A stretch of 64,000 nt of DNA, from assembly GCA_965240325.2 (NCBI GenBank), contig OZ251254.1, positions 620,001 to 684,000 of the forward strand, read 5' to 3'. Position 1 is the first letter of the stretch, and the number at the start of each line of letters is the position of its first letter. Shown in pieces: positions 12,231 to 23,836 of the stretch. The DNA is from Rebecca billardiae RCC1528. Lineage: Eukaryota; Protista; Haptophyta. The translations under genes were made by a program, and so were the position numbers. The notes beneath the pieces were generated by a model. The model had not been told where the DNA came from. It did not search any database and saw only the letters and a program-made list of their open reading frames with translations.

Positions 12231-13333
12231 AGACTGCCCGCCTCGCCTCTGCGCGCGTGCCGTCCCGCCCTGCCCGTCTCGAGACCGCTCAGAGAGATTC
12301 AGCCGCTCGCTGCGGCCGCGCCGCGCTCCGAGCTCCGGACCCACGGAGCGTCTGTCTCGGCTTCGCAGCGCAGCTCCGCCTCAGTCACAGCTCTATCCGC
12401 CGCCCAGACCCGGCGGGCGCTGCGCACCGGCCGCCGCGCCCTCCGCCATCGTACGGCCAGGCCGGCAGCTCGGTGCAGCGCCCCACTCACAGTTCAGCTT
12501 CAGCCCGCGGTGCTGACTCGTCGGCACCGCCCCCATCCGCCCATGAGTCCATCCAGCATCCTCCACTCTCCGTCTCACTCCGACCCCGGTCCAGCTCTCG
12601 CTCTCGGCCTCTCCGGCAGACTCTGGCAACTCCTGAGCCGGACCCTCTGCGGCGGTGGCGGCGCGCGTGCGTGCGCCGCGCCGAATCCCGTTCATTCAGT
12701 CTGCCCTCGTCCGGCCTCTTCTGCCTCGCGTTGTTACCGTGCGCGGCGACCCGAAGCTGCTCGGCTTCACGACGGAAGCCTGCGCACCGTCGATTATGCT
12801 GCGCGGCCTCGGTGGCCCCGCCGTGCGACCGCCCGACGCGGGGCGGCGCCCTAAGTCCGCCGCGCGGCTGAGTGGCCTGCCCGCACCGTGCATGCCAGCA
12901 TGGCCTCGCTCGGGCTGCCTTCCCGGCTCGGGCCCGCGATGATGAGTGCCCGCATTCTCGGCGCGCATTGGTGCCAAACATGATGTCAATACTGAATAGC
13001 CTAGTGACTACTGAGTTCAGCGGCTCAGTCACTACCCTCAGAGTCAGGTGAACGGCGCTACAGGCACTAGCAGGTACTCTAGTCAACTCCGACAGTACAA
13101 GTGATTCAGACTGTCCGTTCGTCCGCGTCAGACGGTCAGTGATTCTGTGATTTCGCCTTTCGGCTGGCCAGACGCCCGGAGGCTCCGAAGATTTCGTCAA
13201 GCAGCATTGCGACGCGATGATTTTTTCGATATGAAGCAGGTTCGACGTTGATGACCTTCCAGACGACTGACGGACGACTGTCACATCATCTCGATACGAC
13301 TTTTGATGTGACTTGTCGGCATCCAGCGGCGGC

Positions 13334-14323
13334 ATCATGGTGGCTCCCGACAATGGTCGCCGAGGCCATGCTGACAATGGCAGCTTTGCGCGTGTCGTGG
13401 CCAGCACGGACCCCGCGGACGACACGGCGTGGAGTCGCCTTGTCGCAAGGGCTCGCGGACGACCCCGAGCCCTGCGCGGCCGCGAGCAGACCTACGCCAA
13501 GCCAGCGAAGAGCGGCGCCGCAGATGCGGCCGCGCCGCCCGGAAGGCAAGAACAGCCCGCAGCAGCGTGGGAAGAAGGGCCCGCGGCGGGCGGGCGGCCG
13601 TACGTGCCTGACGACTTCCTGTACGGCGTCCCCGTCGGCGCATGCGACGCCGAGATCCGCAACGGCTTCCTGCGCAAGGTGTACGCGCTGGTGAGCATGC
13701 AGCTGCTCACCACCTTCCTCGTCTCCCTCTGGTTCATGGTGCACGCGCCCACGCGCACGTTCGTGCTGCGGCGGACCTGGCTCTCGTTCGTCTCGGCCAT
13801 CTTCATGTTCGTCTTCCTCTTCGCGTGCGCGGCGTACAGGGCGCGCCACCCGCACAACCTGCTCTGCCTGGCCGGCTTCACGCTGAGCGCGACGTACTCG
13901 GTCGCGGTCGCGTGCGCGTCCTTCATGGCGGTGGGCGCGGGGTACGTGGTGCTCGAGGCGTTCCTGCTCAGCGCGCTGCTCACCGTCGGGCTGAGCGTCT
14001 TCACGCTGCGCTCGAAGCGCGACTTTGGCTTCCTGGGCAACGGGCTGCAGGCCACGCTGCTCGCGCTGCTCGGAGGGTACCTCGTGTGCTGGCTGCTGTC
14101 GACGCTGCTGGGGCTGCCCGAGCTCACAGGGCTGCTGTGGTTCCTGCTCGCGGTCGCGGGCGCGGCGACCTTCTCCGCGTACATCGTGTACGACACGTGG
14201 GCCATTACGCAGCGCATGACGCCGGACATGTACGTGCAGGCCGCGATCGAGCTGTACCTGGACATCATCAACCTCTTCCTCAACTGCCTGCGCGGCCTCT
14301 CGTACATTGGCGAGGGGTGCTGA
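13334..14323 (+). CDS. TMBIM/Bax inhibitor-1 (LFG/TMBIM4-like) membrane protein
   Basis: DDFLYG..IRNGFLRKVYALVSMQLLTT, about 7 hydrophobic helices, and YIVYDT...YVQAAIELYLDIINLFL. Start codon uncertain. Confidence 0.92.
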   Translation: MMVAPDNGRRGHADNGSFARVVASTDPADDTAWSRLVARARGRPRALRGREQTYAKPAKSGAADAAAPPGRQEQPAAAWEEGPAAGGRPYVPDDFLYGVPVGACDAEIRNGFLRKVYALVSMQLLTTFLVSLWFMVHAPTRTFVLRRTWLSFVSAIFMFVFLFACAAYRARHPHNLLCLAGFTLSATYSVAVACASFMAVGAGYVVLEAFLLSALLTVGLSVFTLRSKRDFGFLGNGLQATLLALLGGYLVCWLLSTLLGLPELTGLLWFLLAVAGAATFSAYIVYDTWAITQRMTPDMYVQAAIELYLDIINLFLNCLRGLSYIGEGC

Positions 14324-14467
14324 GGGGGCAGTCATCAACCTCTTCCTCAACTGCCTGCGCGGCCTCTCGTACATTGGCGAGGGGTGCTGAGGGGGCAGTC
14401 ATCAACCTCTTCCTCAACTGCCTGCGCGGCCTCTCGTACATTGGCGAGGGGTGCTGAGGGGGCAGTC
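14265..14467 (+). repeat. Three exact tandem copies of a 67-bp unit spanning the TMBIM stop codon
   Basis: CATCAACCTCTTCC...GGGGGCAGT starts at 14266, 14333 and 14400. Confidence 0.95.
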
Positions 14468-15072
14468 TTGGTGCCGCGGCTTGCGCAAGGGCGGGCGGCT
14501 GGCGCAGCGGCCGGCGCGCACACATATGTATTGCTGATGGGCTCGTTGCGGGTGCTGCGTCAACCGCGTCACTCGACCCGTCTGGCTGTGGCTACGCGGT
14601 CGACGTAACGGTGCAGTCACGGCCTATACGGTCGGTCAGCGCCGCGCCGCGCAGCCTGCCACCGCGCTGCTCTGAATGCGGGACCGGATGGCATCGGCGG
14701 GCATGCGCGTCCGCGTGTCGTGCCGTGGCGCGGACACGTGGCAGGCGCCCGGCGCCCGCCCGACGGCGGCGAACTCCAACCCGGTCGGAGTGCTTATTGG
14801 TATATTCGCCAAGGTCTCCATTTGACCATTTATTTGGTCAGCAAGAGCGCGATACCGATTGGTCAGGCTCGTCAATCGTGCATTCCAGTGATTCCCGGCC
14901 CGCTGATGAACTAAAAATTTACAATACCGCCCGTCCGGCTGACTAGCTCTTTGCCCAATCAGCGCGGAGGGAACGTCGTAGAGTGGTCGTGCCGGAGTGA
15001 CGCTTGTCGCTTGACAGTGAGGCACGAGCGCACACACGAGGCGACGCCACGTCGTGGTCTCGGCGCCGCGCG

Positions 15073-17124
15073 ATGCGCCCGACGTTGGCGCTTCTGCCGC
15101 TGCTGCTCGCGCCCGCGGGCGTGCAGATGGCCGCGCCTAGCTGCCGCACCGCCGGCTGGAGCCGCGCGGCCGCCGCCGCGCCAGGCCCGGCCGTGCGCAT
15201 GGGCGCAGTCCCACGCCGCCCGCTCGGTGGCAACGGCGCGCGGGACGGGCGCATGGCGCCCGTGCCGACGGCGGCCGCCGCGGCGCGCGCGTTCGAGGCG
15301 CCGAGCATCGATCACGCCCGCGCGGCCGCCCCCGACGACGCGGCTTCGCTTCGCCCGGCCACGCGCGCGCGCCGCGCGTCGCGCAACCGTGGCGACGCCA
15401 ACCCCATGTTTGGACGCACGCACTCCGTCGTGGTGCGGCGGCTGATCTCGCGCGCGAACCGCGGGGCGAACAACCCGAACTTTGGGAAGCGGCACTCGGA
15501 CGAGACGCGCCGGCTGATCGCCGAGAAGCTGCGCCGCGCGCACGCGCGCCGCCGCGAGCTCAAGGCCGAGCAGCTGCTGAGCACGGCCACGGCCGCGGCC
15601 GCCGCGGCCGACGCGGCCGCCGACGCGGCCGTGCGCGCGCGGGACGGGCCGGCGGCGGCGGTGGGCGACGGCGAGCCGGGCGGCGAGGAGGTGATAGTGC
15701 GCGGGAGCGTGCCGGGCCAGCCCGTGGACGACGATCCGCTCGCGCCCGCGCACGGCGCGAGAGGGGCGGACGGCCACCCCGCACCAGCTGCGGTCGAGCG
15801 CGCCGCCGCAGCCTCGGCCGCGGCGTCGGCCGCGGCGTCGGCCGAGCCTGCGGCTGCTGGCGCGGCCGCCGTTGAGCTCGCGGCGGTGGGCGCCGTGCAG
15901 CCGGCGAGCTCGGCGGGCGCGCGCGCGCGGAAGCGGCAGGCTGCGCGCATCGCCTTTGGCGCCGCCGCGCCCGCCGACCCAAGCGGAGGGCACGGCTCGG
16001 CAGCGGCCGAGCTGGCGGCCACGTCCGTCGCGCCGCGCCGCGACAGCCCTGCCGCTGCCGGCGCGCGGCGCACGGGCGGAGGCGGCGGCGCGCGGAGTGC
16101 GGACGGCAGCGCGCGCGCGCGCGGCGTGCCGTTCGACCCGGCAGCGCCCCGCCCGCCCGGCCCGCCCGGCGCCCCGTCCGCCCCAGCCGCACCCGCGGGC
16201 CGCAAGGACCTGAGCTCTCTGCCGGCGCTGCGCTCAGCACTGCTCCACTTCATCCAAGTGAACGGCACGGCCAACAGCATGCCGACCGTGATCGCGCTCA
16301 AGGCGGCGCGGCGGTACGACATCGCGAACGCGATGTACCGGCACCACGGCGGCTCGGAGGCGGTGCGCGTCGCGCTCGGCCTCTCGCGCCCGCGCCGCCG
16401 CGCCGCGCCGCGCACGGCGCACAGCGCGGCCAAGCCCGCGGCGGGCGCCGACGCGGCCGCGCGCGCCGGCGCGTGCAGCACGCGCAAGCCGCGCAACCAT
16501 TGGCAGAGCTTTGAGAATGTCCGCGACGCGATCAACGGCCTGCTCGCCGAGGCGGAGCGCGCGCAGCGCGACGGCGGGCGGCAGCACGGCGCGCTGCTCG
16601 ACATCCGGCCGGGCGTGATGCCCACGCGCGTGCAGCTGGAGTCGTTGCGCCCGGACCTGCTCAACGCCATCACTCGGCACCACGGCGGCATGGAGCACGT
16701 GGCGCTGAGGCTCGGGCTGCGGCGGACGCGCGCGCGCACGAGGCCGGGGCGCGCGCGCGCGCCGGCGGGCGCTGCGAAGCCGGGCGGCGCGGCGAAGCCG
16801 GGCAGGGCGGCCGCGGCCGGGGCCGGGGATGGTTTTGCTAAGGCGCAGCGCACGCCCAAGCGACACCGCGCGCTCGCCGAGCCGGCGACGCTCGGGGCGG
16901 CGGGCGGCGGCGGCGCGCCACCGGAGCAGTCGGGTGCGGCCAGCACGGGGCGCGGGCCCGTGGCCAGGCCGGGCGCGCCGCCGGGCGCCCACGCCGCCGC
17001 CGGCCCGCGGACGCCGCCGAGCGCGCCCGCGCGCACGCGGAGCGCGCCGCGCGCGCCGCAGCGCTCGCCCGGCCCCGCCGTGCCGGAGCAGAACTGGCGC
17101 GCGCGCTTCCTCAACAAGAAGTGA
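15073..17124 (+). CDS. Signal-peptide-bearing protein with two NUMOD3 motifs and two MPT..L....R.D(I/L)..A..RHHGG...V...LGL repeats
   Basis: N-terminus MRPTLALLPLLLAPAG; NPMFGRTHS...LIS and NPNFGKRHSDETRRLIAE; KPRNHWQSFENVR..MPTRVQLESLRPDLLNAITRHHGG. Confidence 0.75.
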   Translation: MRPTLALLPLLLAPAGVQMAAPSCRTAGWSRAAAAAPGPAVRMGAVPRRPLGGNGARDGRMAPVPTAAAAARAFEAPSIDHARAAAPDDAASLRPATRARRASRNRGDANPMFGRTHSVVVRRLISRANRGANNPNFGKRHSDETRRLIAEKLRRAHARRRELKAEQLLSTATAAAAAADAAADAAVRARDGPAAAVGDGEPGGEEVIVRGSVPGQPVDDDPLAPAHGARGADGHPAPAAVERAAAASAAASAAASAEPAAAGAAAVELAAVGAVQPASSAGARARKRQAARIAFGAAAPADPSGGHGSAAAELAATSVAPRRDSPAAAGARRTGGGGGARSADGSARARGVPFDPAAPRPPGPPGAPSAPAAPAGRKDLSSLPALRSALLHFIQVNGTANSMPTVIALKAARRYDIANAMYRHHGGSEAVRVALGLSRPRRRAAPRTAHSAAKPAAGADAAARAGACSTRKPRNHWQSFENVRDAINGLLAEAERAQRDGGRQHGALLDIRPGVMPTRVQLESLRPDLLNAITRHHGGMEHVALRLGLRRTRARTRPGRARAPAGAAKPGGAAKPGRAAAAGAGDGFAKAQRTPKRHRALAEPATLGAAGGGGAPPEQSGAASTGRGPVARPGAPPGAHAAAGPRTPPSAPARTRSAPRAPQRSPGPAVPEQNWRARFLNKK

Positions 17125-17551
17125 CGACGACTGACCGGCCTGCTCAGCCGCGGCCGCGGCCGCGGCCGCGCGCAGCCGGATGCGGCCACTGCGACGCCTT
17201 CCGTCCGCGGTCGTCGTGCCATACGTGGCCAGGGAGGCCGCGGACGTGTGACAGTGTGACACTCGTCCGATGCTGGGCGCGCGCTGGCTCGGGGTCGTAC
17301 CTGATGCTGGCACTGCGGCGCGCTACCATTGAACCGCCTCGCGAGGTGGCGAATGGCCGCCGGACAGCCATCGTCAGCTACTGCTGATCACATACTACCC
17401 GATTCCTATCCTCTTTCTAAGCGGTGTCACTGACTTACTGACGACGCGACTTCCGTCACTGGGTCTGGGACAGCGAGCTGCTGTTCGATTTCGTCACTCG
17501 CGTGCTCACCGTCTCTCGGACGTGCCACCCGCGCCGCCGTCGCACGAGGAG

Positions 17552-18829
17552 ATGCTCGAGACGAGCTGCGCGGCGACGTCGATGCCGCACGAGTTTGACG
17601 ATAACGGCGCGCCCGAGCGCAGCGCTCGCCTCATGCGCAGCCCAGCCGACGAGCAGGCCGCGGCCTGCGCGCTTGCAAGCGGCACGCGGAGCAACGCGCA
17701 AGGCGTGCGCAGCGCGCGCATGCATGCACTCCTCAGCACCGAGAGCGCGCCCTTGCTAGAGCGCTCGGCGAAAGGCCCACCGCCGTGCACAGAGCATGGA
17801 ATCGTACCGGCCGACCGTTCGGCCCCGAGCGCGCCGCACGACGAGGCCCTCGCTGCTCAATCACTGGCGAGTCACGCAACACTCGAGCACTCGGGCGCAG
17901 CGCATGATCTGGGAGTCAGCTTGCTTGAAGGCCTGGGCGGCTCGACTGATGCAGAGCGCGGTCTGTACTGGCTCGAGCGAGCGGCTGGACTCGGCCATGT
18001 GCGGGCATGCTGCGTGCTGGCCAGCGCCCACTTTGGCGACTACGGCGTGCCGCGCGACGAGGCAGCCGCGGTGCAGTGGCTGACGCGCGCGGCTGAGCTC
18101 GGCCACGCTGAGGCGCAGCACCTGCTCGCCGCTTGCTACGAGCACGGCAGAGGCGTGCAGATCGACGCCAATGCGGCGTTGCGCTGGTTGGGCGCCGCGG
18201 CGTCGCGCGGCCACGCCGTGGCTGCCCGCACGCTCGCGCAGCGCGCTGTCACAGGCGCATGCAGCACGGCTCTTGCCAGCGCCCCAGCGCAGCAGTGCCC
18301 CCAGCAAGGCACGGCGCAGAGCGCATCTCTCGACAAGGCCGGCGGTGAGCCAGCTGGCGGACCTTTCGGGCCATCGACGCGCGCACGCCAGCCTGGGGCC
18401 GCCGCCAGCCGCCCCGCCGCACTCTGGCGCGGCACAACGTGCGCCGCTCCGAAGCCGAACGACGACGAGCGCACCAACCGCAGCGCGTGCCTCGCGCACT
18501 CGATCCGGACGCTGGTCGCAGCAAGCAGCGGCAACGTGCGCAGCGACGTGCACGACGAAGAAGCGGCGCTCAGAGCGCGGGTGACTGCAGAGCTGGTGCT
18601 TGCCCAGCTCGCGGCAAGCCCAGACGTTGCGCGTGCGCACTGCCTTGGCTGTGGCCTGGGCGCCAGCGCAGCTGCTCGAGCCGGCGTGCCGCTGCACCGC
18701 TGCGCCAGCTGCCACGTCGCGCGCTTCTGCTCTCGCGCTTGCCAGGCGCGCGTGTGGGCTGTGCATAAGCCCACGTGCCGCCATTGGGCCGCGTCTGCGT
18801 CGATGGATACGCGTGAAGATAAAGTATAA
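17552..18829 (+). CDS. SEL1-like repeat protein with C-terminal MYND zinc finger
   Basis: Three SEL1 repeats (e.g. AVQWLTRAAELGHAEAQHLLAACYEHGRGV) and CLGC..CASCHVARFCSRACQARVWAVHKPTC. Confidence 0.88.
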   Translation: MLETSCAATSMPHEFDDNGAPERSARLMRSPADEQAAACALASGTRSNAQGVRSARMHALLSTESAPLLERSAKGPPPCTEHGIVPADRSAPSAPHDEALAAQSLASHATLEHSGAAHDLGVSLLEGLGGSTDAERGLYWLERAAGLGHVRACCVLASAHFGDYGVPRDEAAAVQWLTRAAELGHAEAQHLLAACYEHGRGVQIDANAALRWLGAAASRGHAVAARTLAQRAVTGACSTALASAPAQQCPQQGTAQSASLDKAGGEPAGGPFGPSTRARQPGAAASRPAALWRGTTCAAPKPNDDERTNRSACLAHSIRTLVAASSGNVRSDVHDEEAALRARVTAELVLAQLAASPDVARAHCLGCGLGASAAARAGVPLHRCASCHVARFCSRACQARVWAVHKPTCRHWAASASMDTREDKV

Positions 18830-19411
18830 TAGTGCGTCGGCTCGAGCAGCTGCGTCGATGGATACGCGCCGTGGCTACAGTTGCCACTAGTAGCCAGCCC
18901 ATCTAATCCGCGTAGCGCTATACGACTACTATGTATTTTGGCTTCAGTAGCAGATCATGAGCAGCCGATCTAGCGGCTACTCATGAGTAGCCTGCTTGCG
19001 GCCTTGCGCTGAGTAATCGTCCGAGAGCTCGCGCCGCACCGCCACCGTGACCGGGTCGGCCGGCTGTCCGGCCTGCACGGGTGCCTAATCGCGAATATAA
19101 CTCTAAGGAGGGTGCGGCCGGGACCTCACCCTTCCGGCCCGCCGGCAAAGAGTGATACCGAGGTAACAGGAGCGGACACTGCGTTGCCACGACGCGCCAT
19201 AGTGGCGAGTGGGACGGGCGCGGCCCGGGACGCGATGCCGCGGGACACTGGCCTGGCGGAGTGGCGCCAGAGCCTGTCTGTCACTGCCAGCAATCCGATC
19301 GACTCCCAGTGCCCGGGGGCTCCCGCGGGACCGCGTCTCTGCTCGAGCCAGGGCCGCGCTGCGCCGCGCTGCCACGGTCAGAGTGAGGCTGCGCCCGCGC
19401 GGCGCGCCGAG

Positions 19412-21737
19412 TCACTGCGCCGCCGCGCGCGCGGCCCGCGCGACGCGGCGCGCTTTGAGCAGCAGCGTCATGTCGGCGCCCGCCGGCGGCCCCCGCCCGC
19501 GCACGCTGTCCGCGTTGGCGGCGACGAGCGCGTCGAAGCGTCCGAAGAGCGGGAAGACCTCCTCGAGCCGCAGCCCGGTGGTCTCCGGCACGCACATCGC
19601 GTAGAAGACGGTCGCGCCCGCGGCGAGCGTGGCGTACAGCGCGAAGGCCCCGGACCAGTGCAGCGCCTCGCACAGCGAGAGGAAGGTGACCGCGCACAGG
19701 AAGGAGGTCGCGCGGTTGGCGGTGGTCGCGAGGCCCATCGCGCGGCCGCGGAGCGAGGCGGGGAAGATCTCGCTGAGCACGAGCCACGTGATCGGTCCGA
19801 ACGAGAGCGCGTGGAACGCCATGTACAGGCCCAGGCCAACGAACGTGCCCACCGAGTGCGCGCTCACGCCCGCGGTCGCGGCGGCGGCGCCGAGCGCGAG
19901 CGTGCGCGCGCGCAGCGAGGCTGCTATCAGCAGCAGGGACAGTGTCAGGCCCACACCGCCTGGGGCGGGGCCGCGTGCGCGCGGGGGCGCGGTGCGGGGA
20001 GGTGACGGCGCGCGCGGCATGAGCGCGTGGCGCACGGCGCCGGGCGAGCCCGGCCCCGCCGCTGCCCCGCGTCGAGCGCCGGGCGCGGCGCCGGGCGCGG
20101 CGCTGGGCGCGGCGCTGGGCGCGGCGCTGGGCACGGCGCGCACCCGTGAGCAGCAGCGGCCTCCGCCCGATCCGGTCCACGTTGAGAAGCGAGTACGTCT
20201 CACACACGAGCTTGACTAAACCCATGCCGACCGTGCCGAGGATGGCGGTCTGCTTGGAGCGCACGCCCGCGCGCTCGAAGATCAGCGGCGAGTAGTAGAT
20301 GATCGACTCGATGCCTGCGCGCCCCGCGCCAGGCAGGAGTAAGCGGGTGGAGCGGGTGGGCGCGCGGAGCGGCGGGCGCGGCCGCTCAGTCACGCGCCCG
20401 GCCGCGTGCGGGCGCTGCAGCGGCTGTGCGCGTCGGGTGCGGCCGAGCGGCGAGTGCGCCGAGGGCGCGCGTGCGAGCGCGCACCCACGGCGTGCTGGCA
20501 CACGGCGAGCACGACGCCGACCACCGTCGCCGTGCGCGCCGGCCCCTTGCGGAACAGCGCCAGCATGCCGCCGCGCGCGGCCGACGACTCCGCGTCCAGC
20601 CGCCTCCGGATCGTCCGGACCGCGGCACTGAGCTCGCGCGTCGAGCAGCGGCCGCCGAGGGTGAGGCCGAGCGTCTCGCGCGCCTGCGCCACGCGGCCCT
20701 TCGAGAGCAGCCAGCGCGGGGACTCGGGCAGGAAGAAGATGCTGTCGCGCGGGCGCGGGCGCCGCAGCGCGCACGGGCGAGCGCGCGCGCAGAGCGCGCG
20801 TGCAGCGGCCGCGGTCAGGCGAGCGCCGCCGCCGCCACCGCCCGCGCGGCCCCGCGCGTCCCGAGCGCGCACGCCCCGTCCCCGCGCACGTGCTCGCGCG
20901 CCGCGCGCCCGCCCAGCCCTTCGCCCCCGCGCGTGCGCCCCGCGCGCACCGCAGCGTGAGCAGCACCCCCGGCAGCACGCCCAGGCCGAGCATCAGCCGC
21001 CACTGCGCGGGGAAGCCGGCCAGTGCGTAGTTGGCGACGTACGCGAGGAGGATGCCGAGGGAGAGCGAGACCTCGGAGAGCGTGACGAGGGAGCCGCGGT
21101 ACTGCGGCGGCGAGAGCTCCGAGATGAACATCGGCGCGACGAGCAGCCCCGCGCCGATGCCGATGCCCTGCAGCAGCCGGCCTAGCAGCAGCACGCGGAA
21201 CGACGCGGCGCACGCCATCACGGCCGAGCCGAGGGTGAAGAAGGTGGAGGAGAGGAAGAGCGTGCTCTTCCGGCCGCACTGGTCCGAGAGCCACCCCGCG
21301 CCGAGCGAGCCGAAGATCGCCGCCGAGTTGATCGCCGACGCGAACAGCTCGGTCTGGTGCGTCGAGAGCTCGAACCTGTCGCGGATGAAGACGAGCACGC
21401 CCGAGATCACGCCGATGTCGTAGCCGAGGAGCATCGCGTCGAGGGCGGAGAAGTAAGCGCACTTGAGCACGAACCACGGCGCGCCGCGGAAGTCGAGGCC
21501 GTGCCCGCCCTCGACGGGCGCGCTCGCGCGCGGGGGCGAGCGCACCGCGAGCTCGGCGCCGCCACGCGCGCCGCCGCCGCCGCGCGCGGCGGACAGGAGC
21601 CGTGGGAGCGGCGCCGGCCGGTCGGCGCTGGCCGAGGGCGCGTCCAGCAGCGGCGCGCGCGGCACGCCGGCGCTCCGCGCGCTGACGCTCGTCCAGAGCG
21701 CCGCCACGCACAGCAAGAGCAGCCGCGGCGTCGCCAT
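19412..21737 (-). CDS. MFS sugar porter (polyol/monosaccharide transporter-like); exons 21737-20950, 20741-20485, 20314-20144, 19959-19412
   Basis: LLGYDIGVISG, DQCGRK, APMFISELSP..RG, LPESPRWL, GIESIIYYSP, DRIGRRPLL, GPITWLVLSEIFP..LRG and VPETTG. Canonical splice sites. Confidence 0.92.
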
Positions 21738-21853
21738 CTCGGCCCGAGCGCGGTGGCGATCCCCCCCGCGAAAGGCCGGTCCGGCACTCCGGCGGATACA
21801 AACGGTCGTCCGGGCGGCGGGACCTCACATCGCTCGACGTCGACGCAGCAGCG

Positions 21854-23246
21854 ATGGCGGCGATCACGCGCGAGGCGCTCCAAGACGTGGCGTACTGGCG
21901 CCGGCTGTGCCCGCACCTCCACGTGTGCGACGAGGCGTTCGTGCGCGCGCACGCGCCCGGCCCCGTCGCGCACGCCGCCGGCCCGGACTTGAGCGCGCAC
22001 GTGCGCACCGGACTGATCGAGGACGGCTTTGCCGTGCTGCCGGCCGAGCGGCTGCGCTGGGCGGTGCCCGTGGAGGCGCTCGCGCGCGGCGTGCGCCTGC
22101 TGCTCGAGGCGGGGTGGCCGCCGACGGCGATCGCCGTGTACGACGAGACCTGGCTGCTCCACGCGCAGGCGGCCCGGCTCGTCGGCGCCGCGACCGCGCA
22201 GCCGGCAGCAGAGGGGCAGAACCAGAACCGACCGTGCCTTGACGTCGTCGCGTTCGCCGTCGACCCGGCGGACGGCTCGCGCGGCTTCTCGCCGCACCGC
22301 GACCGGCAGCCGGACAACTGGGTGGCGCGCGGCTTCCCCGCGCCCATCGCCGCCTCGTTCTGGCCCGACGGCGCGCCTCGGTACGCGACCCTCTGGCTGG
22401 CGCTCACAGAGGCCACCCCGGCTAACTCGTGCCTCACGTTTGTGCCGAGGGCCGTCGACCCGGGCTACGGCGCGGAGGGGGACCGGCCGGAGGACGGCGC
22501 GGCGGAGGTGCTGGCGCGCGCGCTGGGGAGCGCGCCCGACGCCGCGCAGCGCGTGCGCTGCGTCCCGCTGCGCGCGGGCGGCTGCTCGGTGCACTCGCAC
22601 CGCACCATCCACTGGGGCACCGCGTGCGCTCCCGCCGTCGGCGCGGGCGCGCGGCCGGCCGCGCCGCCGCGCCTCTCGCTCTCCTTCGCCTTCGCGGACC
22701 CGGGCTTCGAGCCGGCGTACCTCGCGCCGGACGACATGCGCGCCGCGCCGCGCCGTGGGGAGCCCGGGGCGCCGCCGCGCCCGGCGGCGGCACACGAGGC
22801 GCGCCGGCCGCATGCCGGCGCGGCCGGCGCGCGCGGCGGCGGTGGCGAGGCCGGCAGCGCCCGCGCCGAGCCCGCGGCCACTGCCGCGCCCTCGGCCGGC
22901 GCCGATGTCTTCCCGACCTTCGAGGCGCGCATCGCGCTGGTGTGCGCGCAGGTGCTCAACTACTCGTCGCTCGCGCACACGGACGCGGCCGGCTGGCGCG
23001 CGCTCGCCGGGCCGGCGCTCGCCGGCGCCGCGCGCCCCGCGCGCGCGCTGCACACGCTGCACGAAGCGGTGCGGCGCGCGGCCGCACCGTGCCGGCTGAG
23101 CGCGCAGTACGGCGCAGAGCTGGCGGCCAAGCTGGCGAGCTTCACCGCCGCGGCGCGCGGCGCGCGCACGGTGCCGCTCGTCACGATGGGCGCCGGCGCC
23201 ATGGGCCAGGCCAACGCGCGCCAGGACGCACACGCCGAGAGCGGCA

Positions 23247-23309
<63 letters not shown>

Positions 23310-23836
23310 TCACTGGAGGCGAGGCGGAGGCACGCGCAGCCGCGTGGCTTCGCGCGTCCGCGCTGCCGACGCACCGGCCGCAGCGCGGCGCGCAGCCGCA
23401 TGGCGACGACGACGCCGCCGACGACGACGACGACGACGACGAGGAGGAGGAGCAGCTGGACGACGCGCTGGACGCGCTGCTCGACGCTGAGATGGGCGGG
23501 GTGCGGTACGCGGACGACTTTGACGCGCTCGACGACGGCGGCGAGCAGCCTCGGCGAGCGCAGGAGCGCGCCCGCCAGCCAGAGGGGCAGCTGCCAGGAG
23601 GCGAGGGCGAAGAGGCAGGGCAGCGCGCCGCCGCGCGCCGCCGGCAGACGGCGGCCCCTGCGCCCGGCGACGTGCGAGCAGGCCGGGCGCTGCCGAGCAG
23701 GGCGGCGGGCGGCATGGGCACGCGCGCAGGCGGCGGGCGCGTGCGGCCGACAGTGGACACGCGTGCACGGCGATCTCGGCGGCAGCGGATGCTTGTCCTC
23801 CGCACGCTGGCGGCCGTGGGCCCGACACGTCGTTGA
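21854..23836 (+). CDS. PhyH-like Fe(II)/2-oxoglutarate dioxygenase with acidic tail
   Basis: PHRD, TLWLALTEATPANSCL and VPLRAGG..HSHRTIHWG form an HxD...H triad. Confidence 0.8.
23248..23309 (+). repeat. Coding (GAC)n tract (poly-Asp)
   Basis: About 20 consecutive GAC; a second shorter tract lies near 23405-23440. Confidence 0.95.
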
